Shown: in pieces, positions 9,655 to 18,996 of the stretch | Layout: each line of letters opens with the position of its first letter | Position numbering within the stretch: position 1 is the stretch's first letter | Source of the DNA: Acidimicrobiales bacterium | GTDB lineage: Bacteria; Actinomycetota; Acidimicrobiia; Acidimicrobiales; CATQHL01 | Assembly: GCA_965206165.1 (NCBI GenBank) | Contig: OZ242194.1 | Span: forward strand, 3,513,881-3,577,880 | Length of the DNA stretch: 64,000 bases | Reading direction: 5' to 3' | Notes under the pieces: model-generated | Database searches by the model: none | The model's input: only the letters and a program-made list of their open reading frames with translations | Told to the model about the DNA's origin: nothing | Program-made: the position numbers and the translations under genes

Positions 9655-10285
9655 GAATGCGCAGCACGAGATCCTCGATGCTCGTCTCGACGGCGAGCCC
9701 ATCGCGCTCCCGGAGCCACTCGAGATTGCGGCGATGCACGATGTCCTCGGACCGATACCGGTTGAGGAACACGGTGAGACTCGAGGTCCCGAGCACGCCG
9801 GCCCCAAGACGGGTGGCATCGATCGCCCCGAGCCCGGCGTCGGCCACGAGCAGCACCCGGTCGGCGACGAGTGCGCCGATGAGATCGCTACTGTCGCCAT
9901 CATCGGCAAGTGGTGACCGCACGCCGCCAACCGTCTCGACGAATCCGAAGTCCGGTGCGGGCGATGGCCATTGGAGTTCATCCAGCAGTTCCGCCAGCTT
10001 GGGAGGCACCTGGCCGAGCAGGGAGGCCGCGATCGGCGGCGCCATCGCCTCGGGGTACCACCGGTGCGCCGGGCACACCGCCTGCGGATGCTCGCCGGTC
10101 GCCGCAGCGAGTACCTCGGCGTCGGTCGCGCCGATGTCGTCGGGCGTGTAGGACTGCACCGGCTTGCGCGCGCCAACCGCCAGACCCCGGCCACGGAGAC
10201 TCCCGAGGACCCCGGCGGTGAGCCAGGTCTTGCCAACACCGGTGGCCGTGCCGGCGACGGCGACGAGCACCGAGGGCCGGGTCAT
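9641..10285 (-). CDS. bioD: dethiobiotin synthetase
   Basis: Lower part of ORF 9641..10831. MTRPSVLVAVAGTATGVGKTWLTAG contains the P-loop. ATGA overlap with the bioF stop. Last gene of the bio array. Confidence 0.9.
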   Translation of the reverse strand: MTRPSVLVAVAGTATGVGKTWLTAGVLGSLRGRGLAVGARKPVQSYTPDDIGATDAEVLAAATGEHPQAVCPAHRWYPEAMAPPIAASLLGQVPPKLAELLDELQWPSPAPDFGFVETVGGVRSPLADDGDSSDLIGALVADRVLLVADAGLGAIDATRLGAGVLGTSSLTVFLNRYRSEDIVHRRNLEWLRERDGLAVETSIEDLVLRILSGR

Positions 10286-11430
10286 CTGCAAACCCCGATC
10301 CGCTCCAGGGCTCCGATCAGACGGTCGACCATGTCGTCGGTGTGGGCGGCCGACAGGGCGACGCGGAGTCGCGAGGTGCCCGCCGGCACGGTCGGAGGAC
10401 GGATGGCCGGTACGAGGAAGCCCTCGTCGAGGAGAGACTCGGCCACACGAACGGCGCGAGCCTCCGAACCCACGATGATCGGCACGATCGGGGACGGATG
10501 ACCGGGACGCAGGCGGTCGGTGAGTCGCCGAAGACGAGCGATGAGCGAGGCTCCTTCGGGGTTCCGCGAGATGCGGATGGCCTCGAGCGCGGCAGCGGCG
10601 TCGGCAGGAGCCAGTCCAGTGGAGAAGATGAATGGTCGGGCCCGGTTCACGAGGAGATCGACAAGGGGACCCGGACCGCACACCGCCCCGCCGAGCGAAC
10701 CCAGGGCCTTCGAGAGGGTGACGACGCGGAGCATCCGGAGCCGCTCGAGCTCCGCGAGTGCGCTGAGCGACGGACCGAACACCGAGTGCGCCTCGTCGAT
10801 CACCAGCAGGGCGCCGCGGCGCGCGCAGCACTCACCGAGCGCGACGACATCGGCCTCGTCGCCGTCCATCGAGAAGACCGCGTCGGTGACAACCATCGTT
10901 CTCGGCGCCTCGGCTCCGCCGAGCAGCTGGTCGACGTGACCGACGTCGTTGTGCCGCGCGATCGCGATCGGCGACCGGCTGAGGCGGCAGCCGTCGATGA
11001 TCGAAGCATGGTTCAACTCGTCGCTGACGACGAGGCAGTCGGGGCCGCCGAGGGTGGCGAGCACGCCGAGGTTCGCGGCATACCCCGTGGGGAAGACCAG
11101 GGCTCGCGCCGTCTTCTTCCAGTCGGCCAGTTCGACCTCCAGATCGGCGTGGACGGGGCGGGACCCGACGACGAGCCGGCTCGCCGTGGCACCGGTCCCC
11201 CAACGATCCAGCGCGGCGTGGGCCGCGCCGATCACGTCGGGGTGACACGAGAGTCCGAGGTAGTCGTTGGACGCAAAGGAGATCACCTCCCGGCCCGCGA
11301 GATGTCCCACTGGTCCCCTGGCGTCGAACGTCCGCACGTCTCGCCACTGGTCGGCGGCGCGGATCGTGCCGAGTTGCTCGCCGGCCCAGGCTTCGAAGTC
11401 CCGGTGCGCCGGGGTGGCCGACCCCGTCAT
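10282..11430 (-). CDS. bioF: 8-amino-7-oxononanoate synthase
   Basis: ORF 10282..11541, start at ATG 11430 (ATGA overlap with the bioA stop). SNDYLGL motif. PLP-lysine context VVTLSKALGSLGG. Confidence 0.9.
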   Translation of the reverse strand: MTGSATPAHRDFEAWAGEQLGTIRAADQWRDVRTFDARGPVGHLAGREVISFASNDYLGLSCHPDVIGAAHAALDRWGTGATASRLVVGSRPVHADLEVELADWKKTARALVFPTGYAANLGVLATLGGPDCLVVSDELNHASIIDGCRLSRSPIAIARHNDVGHVDQLLGGAEAPRTMVVTDAVFSMDGDEADVVALGECCARRGALLVIDEAHSVFGPSLSALAELERLRMLRVVTLSKALGSLGGAVCGPGPLVDLLVNRARPFIFSTGLAPADAAAALEAIRISRNPEGASLIARLRRLTDRLRPGHPSPIVPIIVGSEARAVRVAESLLDEGFLVPAIRPPTVPAGTSRLRVALSAAHTDDMVDRLIGALERIGVCR

Positions 11431-12776
11431 GAGAGAGCCTCGGCCGCATCGACCATGGCGCCGGTGATGCGGCGCAGATCTTCGGCGGTGCTGATGTAGG
11501 GCGGCATCGTGTAGAGAAGCCGCCCGAAGGGGCGCAGCCACACTCCCCGGTCGAGGAGAAGCTCCTGTGTCGCGGCGGCGGGCACCGGGTCAACCGTCTC
11601 GATCACGCCGATGGCCCCGAGCACCCGCACGTCGGCCACACCCGCCAGCGTGGCGGCCGGCGCCAGTCCTGTCTCGAGGGCTTCTGCAATCGAGGCCACC
11701 TCGCCGGCCCAGGGCCTCGACAGAAGCAGCCGGACAGAAGCCAGGGAGACGGCGGCCGCCAGGGGATTGCCCATGAAGGTGGGTCCGTGCATGAGCGCCC
11801 CGGACTCCGCGGCGCTGACCCCCGCGGCCACTTCTGCGGTGCACAGCGTCGCCGCCATGGACAGGTAGCCGCCGGTGAGTGCCTTGCCGACGCACATTAT
11901 GTCGGGGCGGATCCCGGCGTGGTCGCAGCCGAACAACCTGCCCGATCTGGCGAAGCCGGTGGCGATCTCGTCGGCGATGAGCAGCGTGCCGTGCTCGTCG
12001 CAGAGTCGTCGGACCTCCCGGAGATACTCCGGGGAGTAGAAGCGCATCCCGCCGGCGCCCTGAACGACCGGCTCGAGAATGACGGCGGCGATCTCGTCAC
12101 AGTGGTCAGCGAGCAGCCCGGCGAACCCGGCGATGTGGTTGGCACCGAAGGGTTGGCCGAAGCGAGGCTCGGGAGCCGGGGCGAACAGTTGGGGAGGAAG
12201 GACGCCGGCGAACATCGAGTGCATCCCGGTCACCGGGTCGCAGACCGACATGGCCCCCAACGTGTCGCCGTAGTAGCCCGAGGCGACGGTGAGCAGGCGC
12301 GTCCGCTCGGGCCGGCCGGTGCCGCGTGCGTACTGCAGTGCCATCTTGATGGCGACCTCCACGGACACCGAGCCGGAGTCGGCGAAGAAGACGTGCTCGA
12401 GCCCGGCCGGAACGATCTCGACGAGCAACTCGGCGAGTTCGACCGCGGCGGGGTGCGTGATGCCGCCGAACATGACGTGGGCGACCGCCTCCAGCTGTTT
12501 GCGAATGGCCTCATCGAGAACCGGGTGGCGATGCCCGTGGATGGCAGCCCACCACGACGACATACCGTCGATGGCCTGCCGCCCGTCGGCCAGGTGGAGC
12601 GTGGTGCCTTCGGCGGCCACGACGGGGACCGCCGGAGAGACCGACGGCATCGGGGCGTAGGGGTGCCAGACCCGTTTCCGATCGCGCGCAACCAGATCAA
12701 GGTGCTTCCGGTGCTGAACCTCGCCCGGATCGACGGTGCGGGCAGCACCCTTGGCTACCGCATCGCCGGTGGTCAT
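11427..12776 (-). CDS. bioA: adenosylmethionine-8-amino-7-oxononanoate aminotransferase
   Basis: ORF 11427..12941, start at ATG 12776. Class-III aminotransferase motifs SSWWAAIHGHRHP, DEIATGFARSGRLFG, CVGKALTGGY. Confidence 0.9.
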   Translation of the reverse strand: MTTGDAVAKGAARTVDPGEVQHRKHLDLVARDRKRVWHPYAPMPSVSPAVPVVAAEGTTLHLADGRQAIDGMSSWWAAIHGHRHPVLDEAIRKQLEAVAHVMFGGITHPAAVELAELLVEIVPAGLEHVFFADSGSVSVEVAIKMALQYARGTGRPERTRLLTVASGYYGDTLGAMSVCDPVTGMHSMFAGVLPPQLFAPAPEPRFGQPFGANHIAGFAGLLADHCDEIAAVILEPVVQGAGGMRFYSPEYLREVRRLCDEHGTLLIADEIATGFARSGRLFGCDHAGIRPDIMCVGKALTGGYLSMAATLCTAEVAAGVSAAESGALMHGPTFMGNPLAAAVSLASVRLLLSRPWAGEVASIAEALETGLAPAATLAGVADVRVLGAIGVIETVDPVPAAATQELLLDRGVWLRPFGRLLYTMPPYISTAEDLRRITGAMVDAAEALS

Positions 12777-12988
12777 GGGTCGTCCCGGGACACGGGGCTT
12801 GCCTCGCCGGGACCGCCGGAACTCGTGGCCGTCCGGCACCTGCGGCACTCGGCCTTCCAGCCCGTCGGCTGAACGGTTACCCGCAGCAGACGGCCGCACT
12901 GCCGGCAGTAGCGGGGCGCCTCGTACGGGGGGTGCCCGCACCGATCACAGTGACGAGAACCGCACCACGGGCAGAACGCCCCGGCCAT
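12773..12988 (-). CDS. small cysteine-rich protein between bioB and bioA (candidate biotin synthase auxiliary protein, BsaP-like)
   Basis: ORF track 71 aa: MAGAFCPWCGSRHCDRCGHPPYEAPRYCRQCGRLLRVTVQPTGWKAECRRC..., with four CxxC pairs. It starts 5 nt after the bioB stop, and its own stop overlaps the bioA ATG (ATGA). Confidence 0.55.
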   Translation of the reverse strand: MAGAFCPWCGSRHCDRCGHPPYEAPRYCRQCGRLLRVTVQPTGWKAECRRCRTATSSGGPGEASPVSRDDP

Positions 12989-12993
12989 GGTCG

Positions 12994-14022
12994 TCAGATC
13001 ACGCCGGAGAGGGCGCCGATCGGCATCGCCAGATCATCGAGCATCCGTAGGTCCTCGTCGGGCTGGCGGCCCAGGGTGGTGAGATAGTTGCCGACGATCA
13101 GGGCGTTGATGCCGGCCGTCATGCCCATGGCCTGATATTCCCGCAGGGTGATCTCCCGGCCCCCGGCGTAGCGGAGAATCACGCCGGGAAGAGCCAGTCG
13201 GAACAGGGCTATCCAGCGCAAGGCTTCGAGCGGCCGGAGCGGCTTGCGAATCTGCAGCGGCGTGCCGGGACGCGGGTTCAGGAAGTTGAGCGGCACCTCT
13301 GCCGGCTCGAGCGACTGGAGTTGCCCCAACAGCTCGACCCGCTGGGCGACGCTCTCCCCCATGCCGAGAAGCGCCCCGCAGCACAGTTCCATGCCGTGCC
13401 GGCGGACCAGGAGGCACGTCTCGAAACGCTCCTCCCAGGTGTGGGTGGTGACGATACGACCGAAGAAGCTCCGCGATGTCTCCAGGTTGTGGTTGTAGCG
13501 GTGCACACCGCCGGCGGCCAGCCGCCGCGCCTGGTCGTCGGTGAGGATGCCTGCGCTCACCGCGACGTTCAGACCGGTCTCGGCTTCGATGAGCGGCACC
13601 AGCGAGATGATCCGCTGCAGCGTGCGCTCGTCGGGACCCCGAACGGCCAGGACCATGCAGAACTCGCTGGCCCCCGTCCGGGCCGTCTCTTGCGCCGCGG
13701 CGAGTACTTCGTCGGTGTCGATGAACGGTGTCGCCGGCAGTGTCTCGGAGAAGCGGGCCGACTGGGAACAGAAGTGGCAGTCCTCGGGGCAGCCGCCCGT
13801 CCTCACCGACAAGATGCCCTCGATCTCGACGGTCGGACCGCACCACTCGAGGCGGACCGCATGCGCCAGCGCCGCAAGCGCCGGGACATGCTCGTCGTTG
13901 AGGCGGGCCAGGGAGTCCAACTCCTCGGCACCCAGGAGGCGGCGCTCATCGAGCAGGGCGCCCTCGGCGCACCGCAGCAATTGCCGAGCCGTCGCAGCAG
14001 CACCGGTGGGGGCGGAATGCAC
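12994..14022 (-). CDS. bioB: biotin synthase (radical SAM)
   Basis: ORF track 342 aa. Radical-SAM cluster motif CPEDCHFCSQS. The GTG start shares one base with the TAG stop of the upstream KipA-like gene. Confidence 0.93.
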   Translation of the reverse strand: MHSAPTGAAATARQLLRCAEGALLDERRLLGAEELDSLARLNDEHVPALAALAHAVRLEWCGPTVEIEGILSVRTGGCPEDCHFCSQSARFSETLPATPFIDTDEVLAAAQETARTGASEFCMVLAVRGPDERTLQRIISLVPLIEAETGLNVAVSAGILTDDQARRLAAGGVHRYNHNLETSRSFFGRIVTTHTWEERFETCLLVRRHGMELCCGALLGMGESVAQRVELLGQLQSLEPAEVPLNFLNPRPGTPLQIRKPLRPLEALRWIALFRLALPGVILRYAGGREITLREYQAMGMTAGINALIVGNYLTTLGRQPDEDLRMLDDLAMPIGALSGVI

Positions 14023-14990
14023 TACCCGACCGCCTCTCGGAGGCCATGGAGTCGGGCGGTCCGGTCCCGGCGGGCACCAAGGGCCGTCTGGAGGTCGACC
14101 TCGACGAACCGGGTCGTGATATTCGGCGCCGACTGGCCGACGTGGTCCATGTCGGCGCTGATAACGGTCCCCACCATGACGTAGCCGCCGCCGGACACGG
14201 CGTCGCGGTGCAGCACGATCGGTTCGACCCCGCCGGGGATCTGGATCGATCCGATGGGGTACGGGGCATCGACGATGTTGGAAGGATCGCTGCCTGCGCC
14301 GAACGGCGCAACACGATCACGGAAGTCGAGCACGGCCCCCCGGTAGCGGAATCCGGTCCGGTCGGCGACGGGCGTGAGACGCCACTCGGTCTCAAGGAAT
14401 GTCCGGCGGGCGGCGTCGGTGAGACGATGGTCGTAGAGGCCCATCATCACCCTGATCTCACGATGACGCGGATGCGTACTTCGCAGCTCCTCGGGAACGG
14501 ACCGGCCCGGCGCGACACCATCGTGGTGGCCGATCGGGAGCTCGTCGCCCGCCACAAGAGGTCCGCCGTGCAGTCCGCCGAGCGCCCCGAGAGCGTAGGT
14601 CGAGCGGCTGCCGAGCACCGCCGGCACGGCGAAGCCGCCGCTGACGGCGATGTAGGCCCGCGCCCCGGAGGCCAGGAAGTCGAACGACAGAACGTCACCC
14701 GCGCCGACGGCGAAACTCTCCCAGGTCGGTCGGGGCCCACCGTTGAGCCGCGGCGGAAGCTCGGCTCCGGTCACGGCCACGGTGGTCGACTGGTCGAAAC
14801 GCAGCTCGGGCCCCATGTAGGTGCATTCCAGGACGGCCGCTTCGTCGCTATTGCCGACCAGGATGTTGGCAGCCACCGACGAGTACTGGTCGAGCGACCC
14901 CGACGGGGGGATGCCCACGTTGTAGTAGCCCGGCCGGCCCGTGTCCTGGACGGTGGTGGCGATGCCGGGCACCAGGACGCTAACTCCCAT
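14022..14990 (-). CDS. KipA / PxpC family protein (allophanate hydrolase subunit 2 family, carboxyltransferase-like)
   Basis: ORF track 322 aa. MGVSVLVPGIATTVQDTGRPGYYNVGIPPSGSLDQYS...AYIAVSGGF...GDELPIG is typical of KipA/PxpC. Confidence 0.85.
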   Translation of the reverse strand: MGVSVLVPGIATTVQDTGRPGYYNVGIPPSGSLDQYSSVAANILVGNSDEAAVLECTYMGPELRFDQSTTVAVTGAELPPRLNGGPRPTWESFAVGAGDVLSFDFLASGARAYIAVSGGFAVPAVLGSRSTYALGALGGLHGGPLVAGDELPIGHHDGVAPGRSVPEELRSTHPRHREIRVMMGLYDHRLTDAARRTFLETEWRLTPVADRTGFRYRGAVLDFRDRVAPFGAGSDPSNIVDAPYPIGSIQIPGGVEPIVLHRDAVSGGGYVMVGTVISADMDHVGQSAPNITTRFVEVDLQTALGARRDRTARLHGLREAVG

Positions 14991-15873
14991 GGAGAACCTC
15001 CATCAGGCCGCGGTTGTACCCGCCGGGATCGGCCAGGAACTCGCCCAGCGAGAACTCCACGGGCGCCTGCTTGAACCGGAACCGCCTCGCGGTCACCTGG
15101 GCCGTCAACTCGTCGTAAGCCTCCCGGTCGATGGGCTCGAACTTCGCAATTGTCCCCGGTTTGAAGAACACCAGGAAGTCGTCGAAGTCGGGGTGGGTCT
15201 GGGTCGGGTCGTAGATCGGAGCCGGCGTGATGCCGAACATCTGGTACCCGCCCGCGCCGCGCACCGAGTAGATGCACCCGAAGCAGCCGCCGTGGCCGAT
15301 CGTCTGGCGCGGGGTGTCGGTCCGCGGCGTGAGGTACTTCGGGACCTCGAGTTGGCGCTCCCGCGGCACCATCTGGAACAGGAACGGCAGGCCGGCCACG
15401 AAACCGACCATCGACGTGAACCAGGGCGAGCCCGAGTGGGCGGCGATGAAGCCGTCCACCGAGTCGAATCCGTTGATCCGGGCGGCGTACTCGAGGTCGG
15501 TGCCGTCGGGGTTCTGGTGATGCGACCGGAACCGCATGAGGGTCTCGCGGGTCCAGGGGTCGTTGTAGAGGACCGGCACCTCGACAATGCTCGTCTGCAG
15601 GTCGAACCCGGTGCCGTCACCGACCTCCGCCTCGATCGATTCGAGTTCACCGAGAAGATCCAGCGGTTCGATGCGATCGGGGTCGAAGCGGACCTGATAC
15701 GAGGCGTTGGCCGGGCAGATGTCGATCACACCGTCGATACCGCGGTCGCCGAGAGTGGAGGTGATCGCCATCACCTTGAAATTTGCCTCGAGGTTCATCT
15801 CCTCGTCGAGTTCGACGTAGAGATGGTCGTCCCCGCCGAAGCTGTGCCGGGTCGTGGACCGGCCGTTTCTCAC
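14980..15873 (-). CDS. KipI / PxpB family protein (allophanate hydrolase subunit 1 family)
   Basis: Lower part of ORF 14980..16236. Start GTG 15873 lies 13 nt after the biotin carboxylase stop, with AAGGGGA in between. DDHLYVELDEEMNLEANFKV...ICPANASYQVRFDP...GCFGCIYSVRGAGGYQMFG. Confidence 0.85.
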   Translation of the reverse strand: MRNGRSTTRHSFGGDDHLYVELDEEMNLEANFKVMAITSTLGDRGIDGVIDICPANASYQVRFDPDRIEPLDLLGELESIEAEVGDGTGFDLQTSIVEVPVLYNDPWTRETLMRFRSHHQNPDGTDLEYAARINGFDSVDGFIAAHSGSPWFTSMVGFVAGLPFLFQMVPRERQLEVPKYLTPRTDTPRQTIGHGGCFGCIYSVRGAGGYQMFGITPAPIYDPTQTHPDFDDFLVFFKPGTIAKFEPIDREAYDELTAQVTARRFRFKQAPVEFSLGEFLADPGGYNRGLMEVLHGS

Positions 15874-15886
15874 CGTCTGTCCCCTT

Positions 15887-17242
15887 TCACGTTCCGAGCC
15901 AGCGCTCGACAAAGCCGGTGTCGTAACTGCCGTCGACCACTTCGGGGGTCGACAGTAGGTCGCCAATGAGCGGGGCCGTCGTCTTGATGCCGACAATCCG
16001 CAGTTCGCGCATCGCCCGGCGGGCGCGCGCCAGAGCAGCCGGCCGGTCGACATCCCAAACAATGATCTTGGCGATGAGAGAGTCGTAGAAGGGCGGTACG
16101 GCGCTGCCCGGCCGCATTGTGGTCGAGGTGCGGACCCCGGGGCCCGCCGGCAGGTCGATGTCACGGATCGTTCCCGGGCAGGGCATGAAGCCGTTGGCCG
16201 GATCCTCGGCGTTGATGCGCATCTCGATCGCCGCACCCCTCGGCTTCACATCCTCCTGAGTGAACGAGATGGGGAGGCCGCCGGCTTGGCGGAACTGCTC
16301 GCGCACCAGGTCGAGCCCGCAGATCATCTCGGTCACCGGGTGCTCCACCTGGATCCGGGTGTTCATCTCGATGAAGAAGAACTCCTCGGTGGCACTGTCG
16401 ACGAGGAACTCGACGGTCCCGGCACCCTCGTAGGCGACCGCGTCGGCGAGTGCCAGCGCGGCGGTGTGCAGGCCGGCACGAACCGCAGGGCTCAGGCTGG
16501 AGGCGAGGGCCTCCTCGATCAGCTTCTGGCGCCTGCGCTGCAGAGAACACTCGCGCTCGAACAGGTGGATCGCGCGGTCACCGTCGCCGAACACCTGCAC
16601 CTCGACGTGGCGGGCGCTGGGGATGTAGCGCTCGAGATACAGGCCGTCGTCGCCGAAGGCAGCCCGGGCCTCGTTCCGTGCGGCAGTGATACAACCAGCC
16701 AGATCGTCCGACTGTTCCACGATACGGATCCCGCGGCCGCCGCCGCCTGCGGAAGCCTTGACCAGCAGCGGGAAGCCGATCGTCGCCGCCGCCTCCGTCG
16801 CTTCCTGAACCGAGCCGATCCCACCTGCGGTGCCGGGTACGACCGGCACGCCGACCGACGCGGCCGTCTCCCGTGCCGCCGCCTTGTCGCCCATCAGCGA
16901 GATGGCCTCAGGCCGCGGTCCCACGAAGCGCAGACCCAACGCAGCGCAGCGTGCCGCGAATGCCGCGTTCTCCGACAGGAACCCGTAGCCCGGATGGATG
17001 GCGTCGCAGCCCGCCGCCAGGGCGGCACCGATGATGGCGTCCGCGTCGAGGTAGCTCCGCGACGCGGGCGGAGGGCCGATCTCGACGGCCTCGGTGGCGA
17101 GACGCACGTGACCGGCATCCCGATCGGCCTCGGAGTACACCGCGACGGTGTCGAGCCCGAGTTCCTCCGCGGCTCGGATGACCCGCATGGCGATCTCGCC
17201 GCGGTTGGCGACGAGCACCCTTTTCAAGGGACGGGGGCTCAT
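15887..17242 (-). CDS. biotin carboxylase (ATP-grasp, AccC family)
   Basis: ORF 15887..17626, start at ATG 17242 (ATGA overlap with the BCCP stop). MSPRPLKRVLVANRGEIAMRVIRAAEELG...HPGYGFLSENAAFA...EMNTRIQVEHPVTE. Confidence 0.93.
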   Translation of the reverse strand: MSPRPLKRVLVANRGEIAMRVIRAAEELGLDTVAVYSEADRDAGHVRLATEAVEIGPPPASRSYLDADAIIGAALAAGCDAIHPGYGFLSENAAFAARCAALGLRFVGPRPEAISLMGDKAAARETAASVGVPVVPGTAGGIGSVQEATEAAATIGFPLLVKASAGGGGRGIRIVEQSDDLAGCITAARNEARAAFGDDGLYLERYIPSARHVEVQVFGDGDRAIHLFERECSLQRRRQKLIEEALASSLSPAVRAGLHTAALALADAVAYEGAGTVEFLVDSATEEFFFIEMNTRIQVEHPVTEMICGLDLVREQFRQAGGLPISFTQEDVKPRGAAIEMRINAEDPANGFMPCPGTIRDIDLPAGPGVRTSTTMRPGSAVPPFYDSLIAKIIVWDVDRPAALARARRAMRELRIVGIKTTAPLIGDLLSTPEVVDGSYDTGFVERWLGT

Positions 17243-17472
17243 CGGTTGACGGTGAACAGCACCTGGCCGGCGTCGACCATCTCGGCATCGGGGACCTCGA
17301 CGGTGGCGATCGTCCCGGCCACCCCGGCCGGCACGTCGAAGAACTGCTTCATGACCTCGACGAGGGCGACCACGGTGCCGGCCTCGACCGGGCTGCCGAC
17401 ATCCACGAACGGATCGGCCCCCGGCGAGGGGCGCCGGTAGAACACACCGGGAATGGGCGACCTGATGTCCAT
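17239..17472 (-). CDS. biotin carboxyl carrier protein (single biotinyl domain, 77 aa)
   Basis: ORF 17239..17559, start at ATG 17472 with GGGAGGA upstream. MDIRSPIPGVFY...VVALVEVMKQFFDVPAGVAGTI contains the biotinyl-lysine motif (V-M-K). Confidence 0.88.
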   Translation of the reverse strand: MDIRSPIPGVFYRRPSPGADPFVDVGSPVEAGTVVALVEVMKQFFDVPAGVAGTIATVEVPDAEMVDAGQVLFTVNR

Positions 17473-17474
17473 GC

Positions 17475-17879
17475 TCACGGGTGTCCTCCCACGGTCGGAC
17501 CGTCCTCGGGCTGCGGAGGCTGCAGCGCGTAGTCCCACACCTTGGCGATGATCTGCCACCTGCCGTCCTCGCGCACGAACACCAACTCGTCGATGAACAC
17601 CTTCGGCAGGTAGGCGAGCCGGGCACGCACGTGGGCCGTGACCGGTGTCGCCGAACTCAGCGAGAGCAACTCGTCGAAACGGTCGTCCTCCCGGGCAGCG
17701 GGAGACGGCCGGCCGCCAATCAGGGCCAGGTACGCCTCCTTGTCGATGGTCAGTCCGTCCCGCCGGCAGACAAGGCGGATCTCGGGATGAAGGACCGATC
17801 CCAGCAGTTCGACGTCGCCGTGGTGGATCCCGTCGAAATAGGCGGCCATCGCCTCGGTGAGTTCGCTGATCGCGCTCAT
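17475..17879 (-). CDS. NTF2-like (SnoaL / lumazine-binding-like) protein
   Basis: ORF 17475..17954, start at ATG 17879 (ATGA overlap with the upstream stop). MSAISELTEAMAAYFDGIHHGDVELLGSVLHPE...VFVREDGRWQIIAKVW is the usual NTF2-family pattern. Confidence 0.7.
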   Translation of the reverse strand: MSAISELTEAMAAYFDGIHHGDVELLGSVLHPEIRLVCRRDGLTIDKEAYLALIGGRPSPAAREDDRFDELLSLSSATPVTAHVRARLAYLPKVFIDELVFVREDGRWQIIAKVWDYALQPPQPEDGPTVGGHP

Positions 17880-18598
17880 GAGAGGTACGGGGCGAGCGCC
17901 GCCCTGACGGCGGCGGCCAGCTCGACGGCGCCGGGAGTGTCGGAGTGGACGCACACCACGTCGGCCCGCATCGGTATCTCGGTCCCGTCGTTGGCGACCG
18001 CCACGTTCTCGGTCACCGCCCGGACAGCGCCGGCGGCCGCCTCGCCGGGATCGACAGCGACGTGCTCGCGGGTGATGATCAGGCCACCGTCGGGCCGGTA
18101 CTCCAGGTCGGTGTAGTACTCGGCGTAGAAGCCCTGGGGCCTTTCACCCCAGACCTCCTCGTGGGTGGTGTTCGCCATGCCCATGAGGGGGACGTCGAAG
18201 GCGTCGGCGGCGGCGGCGACCGCCGCGGCCACGTCGGGGTCGCGGGCCGCCTGGCCGTAGAGAGCGCCATGGGCCTTGATGTAGCCGAGTTGCATCCCTT
18301 CGGCGGCCAGAAAACCGCTGAGGGCACCGGCCTGGTAGATCACCGCGGCCGTTAGTTCCTCCGGATCCATGGCCATGGCCCGGCGGCCGAAACCCTGCAG
18401 ATCCGGATAGGAGGGGTGCGCCCCCACCGTGACCCCATGCCGCTTGGCCAGCCGCACGGTCCGCTGCATGACGCTGGGATCGGAGGCGTGGAAACCGCAC
18501 GCCACGTTGGCCATGTCGAGGTACGGCATGATGGCGTCGTCGTCGCCGCAGCGGTAGATGCCGTATGCCTCGCCCATGTCACAGTTGATTGCGACCAT
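17876..18598 (-). CDS. LamB/YcsF (PxpA) family protein
   Basis: ORF track 240 aa. MVAINCDMGEAYG...MANVACGFHASDPSVMQRTVRLAKRHGVTVGAHPSYPDLQGFGRR is a strong LamB/YcsF signature. Confidence 0.9.
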   Translation of the reverse strand: MVAINCDMGEAYGIYRCGDDDAIMPYLDMANVACGFHASDPSVMQRTVRLAKRHGVTVGAHPSYPDLQGFGRRAMAMDPEELTAAVIYQAGALSGFLAAEGMQLGYIKAHGALYGQAARDPDVAAAVAAAADAFDVPLMGMANTTHEEVWGERPQGFYAEYYTDLEYRPDGGLIITREHVAVDPGEAAAGAVRAVTENVAVANDGTEIPMRADVVCVHSDTPGAVELAAAVRAALAPYLS

Positions 18599-18616
18599 GT
18601 CGTTCCTCAGCCTTTC

Positions 18617-18952
18617 CTAGGGTCTTGCGGTCTTGGGTGAGTCGCCGCCGGGGTCGACGAAGACGTCATCGCCCCTGATCTCGGCGGGATAGTTGGCGAT
18701 CTCGGCGTGGTCGGGGTTGATGCCCCGGCAGGTCACGAGATCGAACTCCCAGAGATGCTGGCTGCAGATCAAGGTGTTCTTGTAGAGGTCACCCTCCACG
18801 AGCGCCACCCTCTGGTGGGGACAGTAGGCCTGGGTGGCGCGCACGATGCCACCGTCAAGATGCGCCACGAGCACCTCGGTGCCGTCCACCTCGAAGACCC
18901 CCATGTCGCCTTCCCACAGGTCATCGAGGCTACAGACGCGGGCGAACGCCAT
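18617..18952 (-). CDS. Rieske [2Fe-2S] ferredoxin of multicomponent monooxygenase (TmoC-like)
   Basis: ORF track 111 aa. MAFARVCSLDDLWEGDMGVFEVDGTEVLV...CPHQ...CSQHLWEF. By my recollection it is close to T4MO ferredoxin throughout. Confidence 0.9.
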   Translation of the reverse strand: MAFARVCSLDDLWEGDMGVFEVDGTEVLVAHLDGGIVRATQAYCPHQRVALVEGDLYKNTLICSQHLWEFDLVTCRGINPDHAEIANYPAEIRGDDVFVDPGGDSPKTARP

Positions 18953-18996
18953 CAGGGCGGTCCCACGGTGCTGAATCGACGTTGCTCAGCAGTCTC

